From positions 1-64,000 of the forward strand of contig NW_021831835.1 of NCBI RefSeq assembly GCF_006345805.1: 64,000 bases of DNA. Direction: 5' to 3'. Shown here piece by piece: positions 63,606-64,000 of the stretch (position 1 is the stretch's first letter; every line of letters starts with the position of its first letter). The notes beneath the pieces were generated by a model. It worked only from the letters and a program-made list of their open reading frames with translations. It was not told the DNA's origin and did not search any database. A program made the position numbers and the translations under genes. The stretch comes from Octopus sinensis. Lineage: Eukaryota.

Positions 63606-64000
63606 TTATATGGTCTTGCATTATTGTATAACATCGAAATGATATTAAATTTAATTTTAAATGTCAATCAGATCATAATTAAGCAGCAGCCTCCCTACTC
63701 TTTCGCGGAAACTTCAGCCATCACAATCACCACACAACATTTTAAACAAATTTTATACCTTTGTATCTATATCTTCCATCAGCTATTCATCTGCTTTTCT
63801 TGTCATTCATCCATATTTAACCAGAAATTATTTTACTTACGTTACTATATATTCATAAATTGCAAATAATGAATCGATTATACCACACTTTGTATTTCAG
63901 CCGAGCTGCTACCTTCCACATTACCCCCCCACACACACACACATACACTCACATACACAAATGAACAATTCAGACGCAGAAACACGAGCATGTGTGAAAC

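Overview
Repeat-saturated, AT-rich eukaryotic DNA with no host gene I can support. The repeat repertoire looks like a coleoid cephalopod (Octopus-like) genome; that assignment is inference from recalled repeat families, not a search. The window is a mosaic of microsatellites, at least four tRNA-derived SINE-like families, decayed Tc1/mariner transposons (one full-length with TIRs and TA TSD), L1/Tx1 and RLE-type LINE fragments, a Helentron/HINE-like element and Penelope-like (PLE) material, including an open GIY-YIG endonuclease ORF. The most notable signals are: (i) eight hammerhead-ribozyme-like motifs from several families, two with canonical cores, one of which has a very long rod-like stem II; (ii) a tRNA-headed, hammerhead-bearing short element in a head-to-head palindromic arrangement; (iii) recurrent asymmetric fold-back inserts in (TA)n tracts plus several other long hairpins; (iv) a non-coding retroposon found only inside (TAA)n tracts. 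All alignments, folds and mismatch counts were done by eye, so coordinates are approximate to a few bases.
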